Made by a program: the position numbers and the translations under genes. Shown in pieces: positions 17,773-26,593 of a stretch of DNA of 64,000 nucleotides (position 1 is its first letter; the number at the start of each line of letters is the position of its first letter). Source of the DNA: Labilibaculum sp. (GTDB lineage: Bacteria; Bacteroidota; Bacteroidia; Bacteroidales; Marinifilaceae); contig JAESUW010000020.1 of the NCBI GenBank assembly GCA_016760525.1, forward strand, positions 1,044 through 65,043, written 5' to 3'. Below the pieces are notes generated by a model. It did not search any database. It was not told where the DNA came from and saw only the letters and a program-made list of their open reading frames with translations.

Positions 17773-18798
17773 ATGAAAAAGAAGCTAATATTTTTTATTG
17801 CCTTTCTGGTTTACGTACTAGCGATACTGGGAATAAAGTTTTTTGAGGGGCAATCACCCGATTCAAATATAAAGACAATTGGAGATGCATTTTGGTATGC
17901 CATTGTAACTCTTACTACAGTAGGATATGGTGATTTTTATCCTGTAACAATTGCTGGTAAAATTATTGGCTTATTTGTGATTATTGGAAGTTTGGGAATA
18001 TTGGGATTTGTAATTGGTGAAGTAAATGTTAGATTTAATCAGTATATGGAAAAGAAAAAAAGTGGTTTTTGGGGAAGTGATTTTGAGAATCATTATATTA
18101 TTATTGGTTGGAATGAATTCGGACAAAAAGTAGCCAGTCAAATCCTAAATGCTGGACAAAATGTCGCCTTTGTAACCAATACTAAATCTGATTTGGATCT
18201 GATTGCTGATTTGTATTCTTCTAAAAATACATTTAGCCTTTTTGCTGATTACTCAAATATTGAAGCTTTAAATAAAGTGAATATTGAGAGTTCGAAACGA
18301 ATATTTGTAAATTTCGAGGATGATTCGGAAACCTTAGTTTTTGTTATCAATTTAAAGAAAAGATATCCGAAAGCTAATGTAGTGGTTACTTGTTTTAATC
18401 CCAGTTTGAAAGAAACTTTTGTGAATGCTGGTATTCGTCATGTAATAGCGCAAAGCGAGGTGGCTTCAAAATTAGTAGCATCTTATTTGTTCGAACCGCA
18501 TGTTGCCATGTATACCGAAGATTTAATTGCAACAAGTGTTGCCAATGAGGATTCGGACATTCAACAGTATATAATTAAGGAAGAATGTGATTTTTCGGGT
18601 GTTGAATACATGACCTCTTTTATGAAATTGAAGTTGGATTATAATGCGATACTTATCGGAATGGTTAAGAATGGTAAGGTGATTAAGAATCCGGCAAAGG
18701 GGACAATGATTGAAGTTGGAGATTACTTGATTTTAATCTCTAGCGGAGAAACTAAAAAGAACCTGGAAGATTTCTTTGGCGTGAAGGAAGGTGAATAA
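17773..18798 (+). CDS. Potassium channel (2TM pore plus RCK/TrkA-N domain)
   Basis: DAFWYAIVTLTTVGYGD selectivity filter; HYIIIGWNEFG Rossmann-type RCK domain. Confidence 0.92.
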   Translation: MKKKLIFFIAFLVYVLAILGIKFFEGQSPDSNIKTIGDAFWYAIVTLTTVGYGDFYPVTIAGKIIGLFVIIGSLGILGFVIGEVNVRFNQYMEKKKSGFWGSDFENHYIIIGWNEFGQKVASQILNAGQNVAFVTNTKSDLDLIADLYSSKNTFSLFADYSNIEALNKVNIESSKRIFVNFEDDSETLVFVINLKKRYPKANVVVTCFNPSLKETFVNAGIRHVIAQSEVASKLVASYLFEPHVAMYTEDLIATSVANEDSDIQQYIIKEECDFSGVEYMTSFMKLKLDYNAILIGMVKNGKVIKNPAKGTMIEVGDYLILISSGETKKNLEDFFGVKEGE

Positions 18799-18805
18799 TG
18801 AGAAT

Positions 18806-19264
18806 TTACTCCGGATTATATCCAACATCATCAGGAAGATTTGGAGCTTTCGACGCCATAACGGCTAGCTGATCTGCGCGTTCGTTTCCAGGAATGTTGG
18901 CATGTCCTTTTATCCAAACAAATTTCACATTGTGTTTTTTGTAAATTTCAAGAAATCGTATCCATAAATCTGCATTCTTTTTTCCTTTAAATCGCTTTTG
19001 TACCCACCCAAAAACCCATTTTTTCTCAACAGAATCTACCACATATTTAGAGTCGGAGTAAATTGTAACATCGCACCCAGGTGTTTTTAAAGCTTCCAAT
19101 CCAACAATTACAGCCATTAGCTCCATTCTATTGTTTGTGGTTAGCTTGAATCCCTGATTTAAATCTTTATGATGCTTACCTGAAATTAGAACAGTTCCGT
19201 ATCCACCCGGCCCTGGGTTTCCGCTTGCAGCTCCATCAGTATACATGATTATTTTCGTCGACAT
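18806..19264 (-). CDS. rnhA: Ribonuclease HI
   Basis: YTDGAASGNPGPGG, TTNNRMEL, SDSKYV, WIKGHA and NERADQLA motifs. Confidence 0.96.
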   Translation of the reverse strand: MSTKIIMYTDGAASGNPGPGGYGTVLISGKHHKDLNQGFKLTTNNRMELMAVIVGLEALKTPGCDVTIYSDSKYVVDSVEKKWVFGWVQKRFKGKKNADLWIRFLEIYKKHNVKFVWIKGHANIPGNERADQLAVMASKAPNLPDDVGYNPE

Positions 19265-19288
19265 ATTCTTAATTTGCGGTTTTCAAAT

Positions 19289-19296
19289 CAAAAGTA
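19289..19296 (-). promoter_or_regulatory. Bacteroidota sigma-A -7 element for rnhA
   Basis: TACTTTTG on the minus strand 25 nt upstream of the ATG; matches TAnnTTTG. Confidence 0.5.
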
Positions 19297-19335
19297 ACAA
19301 AATTTACATTTCTCACACTGCGTTATTGAGAACAT

Positions 19336-19366
19336 AAAAAAGGATGTCCGAAAATTCGAACATCCT
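19336..19366 (-). terminator. Terminator of the S46 peptidase gene
   Basis: AGGATGT.CGA / TCG.ACATCCT stem with an A-run on the + strand (U-tract on minus). Confidence 0.6.
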
Positions 19367-19422
19367 CACTTATCTATTTTGATATGATTTTAAATTATCA
19401 TGTAAATCAATCTAATTACTCA

Positions 19423-19440
19423 TCCCGATAGCTATCGGGA
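19423..19440. repeat. 18-bp perfect palindrome TCCCGATAGCTATCGGGA
   Basis: Perfect palindrome read directly; GC-rich in an AT-rich intergenic region. Confidence 0.7.
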
Positions 19441-19462
19441 CTAAAATCTCATATCTATTTCT

Positions 19463-21640
19463 TTACTTCACAATAGTCATTTCATCAATTAGGTTTTGAG
19501 CACCAGCGAACTTATCAATAATGAAAAGTGTGTAGCGAATATCAAGATTGATACATCTTTGCAGATTTTCTTCAAAATCGATATCTCCAGACATAGCCTC
19601 AGAATTTCCGTCAAAAGCAGTTCCAATTAACTCACCGTTTCCGTTAATTACCGGAGAACCAGAGTTACCACCAGTAATATCACTGTTGGTTAAGAAACAA
19701 ACTGGCAGATTGCCATTTTTATCGGCATACTGACCAAAGTCTTTTTTCTTATATAACTCTTTCAATTTAGCAGGAACCACAAATTCATGATTTGTTGGAT
19801 CTTCTTTTTCCATTACACCTTTTAGAGTCGTGAAGTGATTGTAGTAAACACCATCTTTAGGACTGTATCCCCTAACATTACCATAAGTTAAACGAATTGA
19901 AGAATTCGCATCCGGCGCTAAATTTTTTCTTTTGTTGATACGCATTAAACCATCAACAAAAAGACGTTTTCCTTTTTTCAATTGATCTGCCCCTTTTGAA
20001 AGCTCACTTCGAATTTCTTTGTATTTTTTAATGATTGAGTTTCCAATTTTGAAAGCGATATCATTTTCAAGAGTTTCCAATTCAGGAGCATCAAGAAATT
20101 TATTGTAGCTTTCAGAAGTTGCAAAAATAGATTTTGCGTATACATCAGCAGCTAACTTGTTGTAATCATTGTTGTAATCTTCCGCAAAAGTTTTGAATAT
20201 TTCAGGTTGCTGTTCAGCAACAATATTTTCAGCGTACATTTTGTACATTCCAGCCATTAATTTTTGATCGGTTGGAGTATTGTAATTTTTGTAAAACCCT
20301 TTTGCTGATTTACGTAAGTTCGAAATTGATTTCTTAATGGCTGTGGTATCTTGAGTTTCAGCAGCAAGTAAAGATTTTAGTCCACTCGTTTTAATTGCGA
20401 AAACAGGCATTTCGGCACCACTTAAAAGAGCTTCTTTTAGGTAAGAGCTTGAATTCATTACATCCTTACGTTCTGAATAAGCTTGACTAATCATATCAAG
20501 AGCTTTACCATATTTACGTGCTCTTTTTGATTTTTTATTCGCCCAATCCAAGTATCCTTTTTCGATTTCTTGCTTGTGTCCCATTGTGTTCAACTTAGCA
20601 AGAGCTTTATTCTGCTCACTTGAATATTTCCAATAATTGGCGCTGCCAGCATGTTTAGATGCATATTGAATACGAACTTTAGCATCTTTAAGCATATCTT
20701 TCCCCATAATATCCAATTTTAAAGTACGGATATCGTAACGGTTTTGATTGGTGATTTTCATGGTTTCTTCTAAACCAAAAGAAGTAAGGTAACGATTCGT
20801 AGTTCCAGGGAATCCCATAATCATTGCAAAATCTTTTTCTTCTACACCTTTTGCAGAAATAGGAAGGTGATGATTTGGCTTCAATGGAATATTTTCATCT
20901 GAGTAAGAAGCAGGTTTTCCATCAGGTCCGGTATAGATTCTAAACATTGAGAAATCTGCAGTATGACGTGGCCACATCCAGTTGTCAGTATCACCACCAA
21001 ATTTACCCATTGATTGTGGAGGAGCACCAACTAAACGAACATCTTTATAAATTACATATACAAAAAGGAAATATTGGTTTCCTTCAAACAAGCTTTTAAC
21101 TTTAGCTTTATAATCAGTTCCTTCTTCAGCCTTTTTTTCTAATTCTACAGCAATTTTTTCAATAGCTTTATAGCGTTCCTCTTCAGTCATTTCATCGTTC
21201 AATTTCGAAAGAACCTCTTTCGAAACATCTTGCATGCGAACAAGAATAGATGCTGTAATTCCTGGGTTAGTTAGCTCTTCTTTTTTATCGTACGCCCAAA
21301 AACCATCGGAAAGATAATCATGCTCTGTTGAAGAGTGAGATTGAATAGCATTAAAGCCACAGTGGTGATTGGTTAGAAATAGTCCTTGATCAGAAATAAT
21401 TTCACCAGTACAGAAATGACGGAATGGTCTTCCTTCTCTTCCCAGGCCAACAATAGCATCTTTTAAACTACTTTGGTTGATGTTATAAATATCATCGGTA
21501 GATAATTTTAAACCTTTTGCCTGCATTTCTGCAGCATTTTTATTCAATAAAGATAAAAGCCACATGCCTTCATCTGCTTTTGCATTGGAAAAGCTAAGTA
21601 GTAAACTTAGTCCCAAAATTAATGATGCAAATTTTCTCAT
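19463..21640 (-). CDS. dpp7: S46 family dipeptidyl peptidase (DPP7-like)
   Basis: ADEGMWL N-terminus, TNHHC, DNWMWPRHT and TGGNSGSP catalytic Ser; Gly in AFDGN suggests DPP7 rather than DPP11. Confidence 0.88.
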   Translation of the reverse strand: MRKFASLILGLSLLLSFSNAKADEGMWLLSLLNKNAAEMQAKGLKLSTDDIYNINQSSLKDAIVGLGREGRPFRHFCTGEIISDQGLFLTNHHCGFNAIQSHSSTEHDYLSDGFWAYDKKEELTNPGITASILVRMQDVSKEVLSKLNDEMTEEERYKAIEKIAVELEKKAEEGTDYKAKVKSLFEGNQYFLFVYVIYKDVRLVGAPPQSMGKFGGDTDNWMWPRHTADFSMFRIYTGPDGKPASYSDENIPLKPNHHLPISAKGVEEKDFAMIMGFPGTTNRYLTSFGLEETMKITNQNRYDIRTLKLDIMGKDMLKDAKVRIQYASKHAGSANYWKYSSEQNKALAKLNTMGHKQEIEKGYLDWANKKSKRARKYGKALDMISQAYSERKDVMNSSSYLKEALLSGAEMPVFAIKTSGLKSLLAAETQDTTAIKKSISNLRKSAKGFYKNYNTPTDQKLMAGMYKMYAENIVAEQQPEIFKTFAEDYNNDYNKLAADVYAKSIFATSESYNKFLDAPELETLENDIAFKIGNSIIKKYKEIRSELSKGADQLKKGKRLFVDGLMRINKRKNLAPDANSSIRLTYGNVRGYSPKDGVYYNHFTTLKGVMEKEDPTNHEFVVPAKLKELYKKKDFGQYADKNGNLPVCFLTNSDITGGNSGSPVINGNGELIGTAFDGNSEAMSGDIDFEENLQRCINLDIRYTLFIIDKFAGAQNLIDEMTIVK

Positions 21641-21726
21641 TTTAGTTACTTTAAATTTTTAATATAATCGAAGTAGTTTTATGAACTAACCCGATTATTG
21701 TTTGTAGTAAGTATTTAGTTTGTTAG

Positions 21727-21734
21727 CAAAGTTA
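21727..21734 (-). promoter_or_regulatory. Sigma-A -7 element for the S46 peptidase
   Basis: TAACTTTG on the minus strand. Confidence 0.45.
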
Positions 21735-21904
21735 ATATTAATATGTGATTACACTTTTCGCTTAACAAAGCCAAAAAGTACTCTTTTGGTTAATGTGCTT
21801 ATATATAGATGGATGTGTTTTTTCTGGATTTGTTAAATTAGATGAACCCTGTATTTTTCTCGTTGAATAGAAATCATAATATTCTGTTAGTGAGTTGTAT
21901 TATC

Positions 21905-22510
21905 TTAAAATTTTAACTCAAGTTGATCTGATAATAGGGAAAAGCTCTTGCGATGTATGAAGTTGATTCCATGCTCCCGAATTGCCAATCGATGTTTTTT
22001 CGTTGGGTAACCTTTGTTATTATTCCAATTGTAATGAGGAAATTTTTCATGTTCAGCCAGCATGTAATCATCGCGATAGGTTTTGGCTAAAATAGAAGCG
22101 GCCGCTATAGATAAGTATTTACCATCGCCTTTAATAATACAAGTATGTTTAATATTCGGATAAGGTGTAAAACGATTTCCATCAATAAGTAAATGTTCAG
22201 GTCTGGTTTTGAGCTGTTCGATAGCTCTGTGCATAGCTAGAAATGACGCATTTAAAATATTAATCTGATCAATTTCTGCAGGACTAACGATTCCTACAGC
22301 CCATGCTGCAGCTTCTTTTAGAATAACATCCCGAAGCAAATATCTTTTCTTTTCAGAAAGTTTTTTTGAATCGTTCAATATGTCGTTCGAGAAATTTTCA
22401 GGTAAGATAACTGCCGATGCGAATACGGGGCCGGCAAGACAACCTCGTCCTGCTTCGTCGCAACCAGCTTCAATCGTGTTTTTGTGTAAATAGGAGGCTA
22501 AACCATTCAT
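21905..22510 (-). CDS. rnhB: Ribonuclease HII
   Basis: [40 protein letters not shown] and NKGYPT motifs. Start moved to ATG 22510 because a promoter lies at 22529-22560. Confidence 0.95.
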   Translation of the reverse strand: MNGLASYLHKNTIEAGCDEAGRGCLAGPVFASAVILPENFSNDILNDSKKLSEKKRYLLRDVILKEAAAWAVGIVSPAEIDQINILNASFLAMHRAIEQLKTRPEHLLIDGNRFTPYPNIKHTCIIKGDGKYLSIAAASILAKTYRDDYMLAEHEKFPHYNWNNNKGYPTKKHRLAIREHGINFIHRKSFSLLSDQLELKF

Positions 22511-22521
22511 AAATGCAAAAT

Positions 22522-23658
22522 TTATCCGCAAAAATAGATTGAATTTTTTATTGTATCAAATATGTACTTACCTATTTTTTTTTGTTTTATAATTCGGGCT
22601 CTATCTATAAATTCAGACTTTATACTTTTAGGATTGTCAATTGTTTCGTAAAACTCATCGAAATAATTTAAGACACGTTCTTTTTCTTTATCATTTAAAT
22701 ACGGACAATTGGTATATATGGCGTACAGACGTTCTTTTTTCATTCTAAATTCCCTGAAAATATATTCAAGTTCTTTAGCTGTTCGCTGATAACCCCTATA
22801 GAGTCTTTCATGAATTGATTCAATATTCAGCTTGGCATTAGGAATAGCATAAGGTGCATTCACTAAACTGGTCCAGTCAAAATCGTAGGGTATAGTAATA
22901 AGTCGCGAAGTTGGTGTTTTCGATATAAGTTTGATGTTATGGAGGGTTGGCACTCCCCAGTCGGTGTTTCCAATCAGGTATTGAAATATGGCTAGTTTGG
23001 TTACTTTACTGATAATGGTTCGATCTTGGTGAACCTTTTTGTCATAACGGGCTATTTTACCATTTCGTTTAGCCATTTTTTTAAAATCCTCAAGAAAAAA
23101 TGCAAATTTAGTAAGAGGTTTCATCTTATTTTTGCTGTCCTTATAGGTTATTTTGGCTAAGCGAACCCTAAAACTTTCAGGAGTAAAGATATTGTATGCT
23201 TTGTAAATCAGATACTCTTGGATAAGCATTTGTTCGAATCTTGAATTACGATTCTGACAATGCGTAACCATTTTTAGCTTATCGTTATCGTGAAAGTGAG
23301 AATAGCTTGATTCTGCCTTGTTAAATTTAATGCTCATAGGAGGAAATGCACAAATACTCCGATCTTTTCTGAAGTTCCCTCTGGTTTTAAGATCTACTAT
23401 CATGGAAACAATTGAATCTCCTAATAAGTAGGATAATCTTCCCTTATGATATTTGTTTTTATCGCCAACATCCTTAACAAGTGCTTTAAGATCTGTTGTA
23501 ATAGATAATTCGATTAGAGAATCAGATTCAAATAACTCAGGTGCCTGATAAACAGAATCGATCGCTTCTTGGTTGCTGGCAAGTAATTTTACATTCCCTA
23601 TTACAAAGAGGAAAAGGATAAAAAAAGTGCTGTGTCGAATTAGTTTTATCATAAACAA
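22522..23658 (-). CDS. Exported CotH-like atypical kinase
   Basis: Signal peptide; [12 protein letters not shown] (Lys), QEYLIY (alphaC Glu), GNTDW...HN and IPYDFD motifs parallel CotH kinase motifs. Confidence 0.62.
   Translation of the reverse strand: MFMIKLIRHSTFFILFLFVIGNVKLLASNQEAIDSVYQAPELFESDSLIELSITTDLKALVKDVGDKNKYHKGRLSYLLGDSIVSMIVDLKTRGNFRKDRSICAFPPMSIKFNKAESSYSHFHDNDKLKMVTHCQNRNSRFEQMLIQEYLIYKAYNIFTPESFRVRLAKITYKDSKNKMKPLTKFAFFLEDFKKMAKRNGKIARYDKKVHQDRTIISKVTKLAIFQYLIGNTDWGVPTLHNIKLISKTPTSRLITIPYDFDWTSLVNAPYAIPNAKLNIESIHERLYRGYQRTAKELEYIFREFRMKKERLYAIYTNCPYLNDKEKERVLNYFDEFYETIDNPKSIKSEFIDRARIIKQKKIGKYIFDTIKNSIYFCG
22529..22560 (-). promoter_or_regulatory. Sigma-A promoter of rnhB inside the 3' end of the upstream ORF
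   Basis: TTTG-N20-TATTTTTG on the minus strand. Confidence 0.6.
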
Positions 23659-23678
23659 AAAAAATAAAAACTTATTAA

Positions 23679-24356
23679 TCAGGAGTTATTTCCACTTAAT
23701 TCAGCATCGGTTAAAATATTTGGAGTTGATTCTTCTTTGTAAAAAACAATGAGTTTTATACTCCTTTTTGCTAAATCAATTTGCCCAATATTAAATTTTA
23801 TAACCACCATTCCTGTACGGATTTCGAGGTCTTCAATTAATTCTTTATGCTTGCTTGGATGGATAAGATCCAGCCGGTCATAAACGATTGTTCTTCTTGC
23901 AAGATGACGCTTCATCCATACTCGCTCCATTATCCAGGTGGTTGCCATAAATGCAAAATTGGTAAAAGCAATTTCACCAAAACTAACTTCGCCTCTGGTT
24001 AAAGCATTAATGACTGATATGGTAATGACAAGAAACAGATAAGTCATTTCCCGGATGGGTATGGTATCGGTACGGTACCTGATAATTCCAAATATTGCGA
24101 ATAGTCCAAGAGCAAAACCAAGTTGCAATTCAATACTTCCAAGCAAGAAACACAAGAAGAATACAGTTGTACTAATCATGATGTAAGTAAAAACGTAGGA
24201 TCGTTTTCCTGTAGCTTTGAAATAGACGTAATTAATAACAAAAACTGTTACCGCTAAATTAAGTATGAATCGAAGTAATAATTCAACAACATTATTTGAA
24301 TAAATAAAAGATGAAGGAATATTCGGGCTTGTTATTATATCAGTAATAAATTCCAT
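23679..24356 (-). CDS. DUF4956 family membrane protein
   Basis: LGFALGLFAIFGIIRYRT and REMTYLF signature, about 5 TM helices, soluble C-terminal domain. Confidence 0.85.
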   Translation of the reverse strand: MEFITDIITSPNIPSSFIYSNNVVELLLRFILNLAVTVFVINYVYFKATGKRSYVFTYIMISTTVFFLCFLLGSIELQLGFALGLFAIFGIIRYRTDTIPIREMTYLFLVITISVINALTRGEVSFGEIAFTNFAFMATTWIMERVWMKRHLARRTIVYDRLDLIHPSKHKELIEDLEIRTGMVVIKFNIGQIDLAKRSIKLIVFYKEESTPNILTDAELSGNNS

Positions 24357-24368
24357 GTTATTTCAGTT

Positions 24369-25517
24369 TTATTGTAGTCTTTCTTTTTCTTTATGCGCAA
24401 ATATCCGATAATATTTCTGATTCTCTATAAGTAAACCCTGATCAATATAGTTCGGGTCACCTATTGGAACATCCATTGCAATTAATTTAAATGAATAAAA
24501 TGGATATACTTTGGCTACTGGAGTATGTCCAAAAATAATTACAGTCGAATTGTAAAATTCCAGTGTTTTTAGTACATCCTGTAAAGATATACGATCATAT
24601 TTTGGTGTTCTTGATAAATATCCACGATACCATAGCGGACTATTTGAATATAAGAATAAATCAACTAGTGTAGTATCTGCCAGCTCTGTGTAATTGTTTA
24701 GATGATATCTCATTCCAACATTTACCTCGTTAATTTTCATTTTCTTATTTAAGAATTCAGGAGAGATGCCTCCATGCACGAATAACTGTTCTCCTATTCG
24801 AACAAGGGTGTTTTTTGATCGTAACCATTTTCCCAAAACAGAATGTTTATCAAAGAAATGAGAATAGTGAAAATTAATATAATGAGCTGCATGCTGATAC
24901 TTATCTGCAACATATCTGTCATCGAATACCAGAGCCATCATTTCATGATTTCCCAGAAGGTAGTGAACCATTCCTCCTTGTTTTTTAGCTTGAATTTCCA
25001 ATTGGAAAATAAACCATAAACATTCAGTTACCCGATCACCTCTATCGAAAACATCACCGGTAAAAACAACTTGTCCATCTCCAAAATTCCATTTATTTTC
25101 ATCATTAATAATCTTATTGAACCGAAGAATTGCCAATAATGATTCAAATTCACCATGAATGTCTCCCAGAACTACTATTTTATTACTTGATGGGTTTTCT
25201 CCACTCTCAGGTTTTATTTTTTTTGGAATTACATAGTTTAAGGAGTCGTTCCCGGCAAACCCGGTAAATGAAATAGTATCATTTTTAAATCGGAAAGTCT
25301 TACTGATTTTCTTGGTTCTGTTTTTTATGCTATCGTGAACTACATAAAAAGCATTTACTCTAGAAGATGAAATGTATCTAATATGTGGTCCTTCAACATA
25401 GCTGGCAACAAGCAAAGAGTCCTTACAGCGGGGATCATGACTGGTAGATGCTTGAGATTGAAACGAGGCAAATAGGGATATGAAGAATAAGTATATGTAG
25501 ATTTGATTTATTTGCAT
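24369..25517 (-). CDS. Exported metallophosphoesterase (Shewanella-like PPP phosphatase)
   Basis: Signal peptide; GDIHG, GDVFDRG, GNHE, HGG, PLWYRGY and GHTP motifs. Confidence 0.85.
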   Translation of the reverse strand: MQINQIYIYLFFISLFASFQSQASTSHDPRCKDSLLVASYVEGPHIRYISSSRVNAFYVVHDSIKNRTKKISKTFRFKNDTISFTGFAGNDSLNYVIPKKIKPESGENPSSNKIVVLGDIHGEFESLLAILRFNKIINDENKWNFGDGQVVFTGDVFDRGDRVTECLWFIFQLEIQAKKQGGMVHYLLGNHEMMALVFDDRYVADKYQHAAHYINFHYSHFFDKHSVLGKWLRSKNTLVRIGEQLFVHGGISPEFLNKKMKINEVNVGMRYHLNNYTELADTTLVDLFLYSNSPLWYRGYLSRTPKYDRISLQDVLKTLEFYNSTVIIFGHTPVAKVYPFYSFKLIAMDVPIGDPNYIDQGLLIENQKYYRIFAHKEKERLQ

Positions 25518-25650
25518 TAAATATTCAATTGTGTTATTTAGAGTCTTTAAAGATAAGATTAATTTACATCTTAAATAAATGTGAATTCTTATTGTTGTGA
25601 TCCTTTATATTTTGTAAGATATCCTTATTTTTGTGAAAAAAACAGAAGCA

Positions 25651-26094
25651 ATGTATACTAAAGAAGAATCGAAAGAAATTAAGATCCAATTTTGGGATGG
25701 ATTTAAGAGATATTCAAAAGAAAAGGGAAGAAAGATGACTTCGTGGGTTTTACGCGGAACTCAGATTAAGGAGGTGCAATTAAAGTTTGATTTAAATGAG
25801 GACGGAGCTTTTGTTATTCTGCAAATTGATAGTAAGCTAGATTCAAAAAGGCTTTCTGTTTTTGAAAGATTTGAGAAATATAAACCTGTAATTATTGACA
25901 CATGTGGATCAGATTTAAAATGGGAGAAAGACTATTTTATTAAGGGTTTTAAAGATGTTGGTATGATTTATTATCAGTTGGAAGGAGCTTCGATCTATAA
26001 AAAGGACGAATGGAAAAGCTATTTTGAATTCTTGTTCTCAAAAATGACAATTTTAGAAGAAGCATATTTAGATGTTAAAGATGTTGTATTGTAA
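25651..26094 (+). CDS. DUF4268-family protein
   Basis: MYTKEE...FW..F, W....T.IK...LKF and W...FEFL pattern. A TATTTTTG element at 25626-25633 favours ATG 25651. Confidence 0.65.
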   Translation: MYTKEESKEIKIQFWDGFKRYSKEKGRKMTSWVLRGTQIKEVQLKFDLNEDGAFVILQIDSKLDSKRLSVFERFEKYKPVIIDTCGSDLKWEKDYFIKGFKDVGMIYYQLEGASIYKKDEWKSYFEFLFSKMTILEEAYLDVKDVVL

Positions 26095-26200
26095 AGGTTT
26101 TGGATATTTTTTTTTGAGTTGTATCTGTGTGGTAAACAGTGCTTAAATCTTTGTTTAGTGCAGTGCCCGTAAGGGTTTGTTTAAATTTTATTGCAATAAT

Positions 26201-26231
26201 TTTGTTTTCGAACAAAAGGCTCCTATCTTTG
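26201..26231 (+). promoter_or_regulatory. Sigma-A promoter of the tRNA-fMet pair
   Basis: TTTG-N19-TATCTTTG. Confidence 0.7.
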
Positions 26232-26266
26232 CAACCGCAAAACGAAAGATATGTCTTAAAATATAT

Positions 26267-26338
<72 letters not shown>

Positions 26339-26400
26339 CTAAAATTAGGATTTACTAAGCCTAAAAAGACATAACAAGATAGTATCTTTTGAAAATATAT

Positions 26401-26472
<72 letters not shown>

Positions 26473-26478
26473 CTAGCG

Positions 26479-26511
26479 AAAGGGCTTTGGAGAAATCCAA
26501 AGCCTTTTTTT
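26479..26511 (+). terminator. Terminator of the tRNA operon
   Basis: GGCTTTGGA-GAAA-TCCAAAGCC followed by a T-tract. Confidence 0.85.
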
Positions 26512-26593
26512 ATTGGTAATTTTTACCTTCTTACAGGTAAACATTTTACGCTAATTCTCTTACCTTTGGGTAAATATTTTAGATCCGTTCATT

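Noticed and set aside
18806-22510. RNase HI and RNase HII within 4 kb, flanking a peptidase
   Set aside because: Each appears to have its own promoter and a terminator separates the peptidase from rnhA; no evidence of a functional unit.
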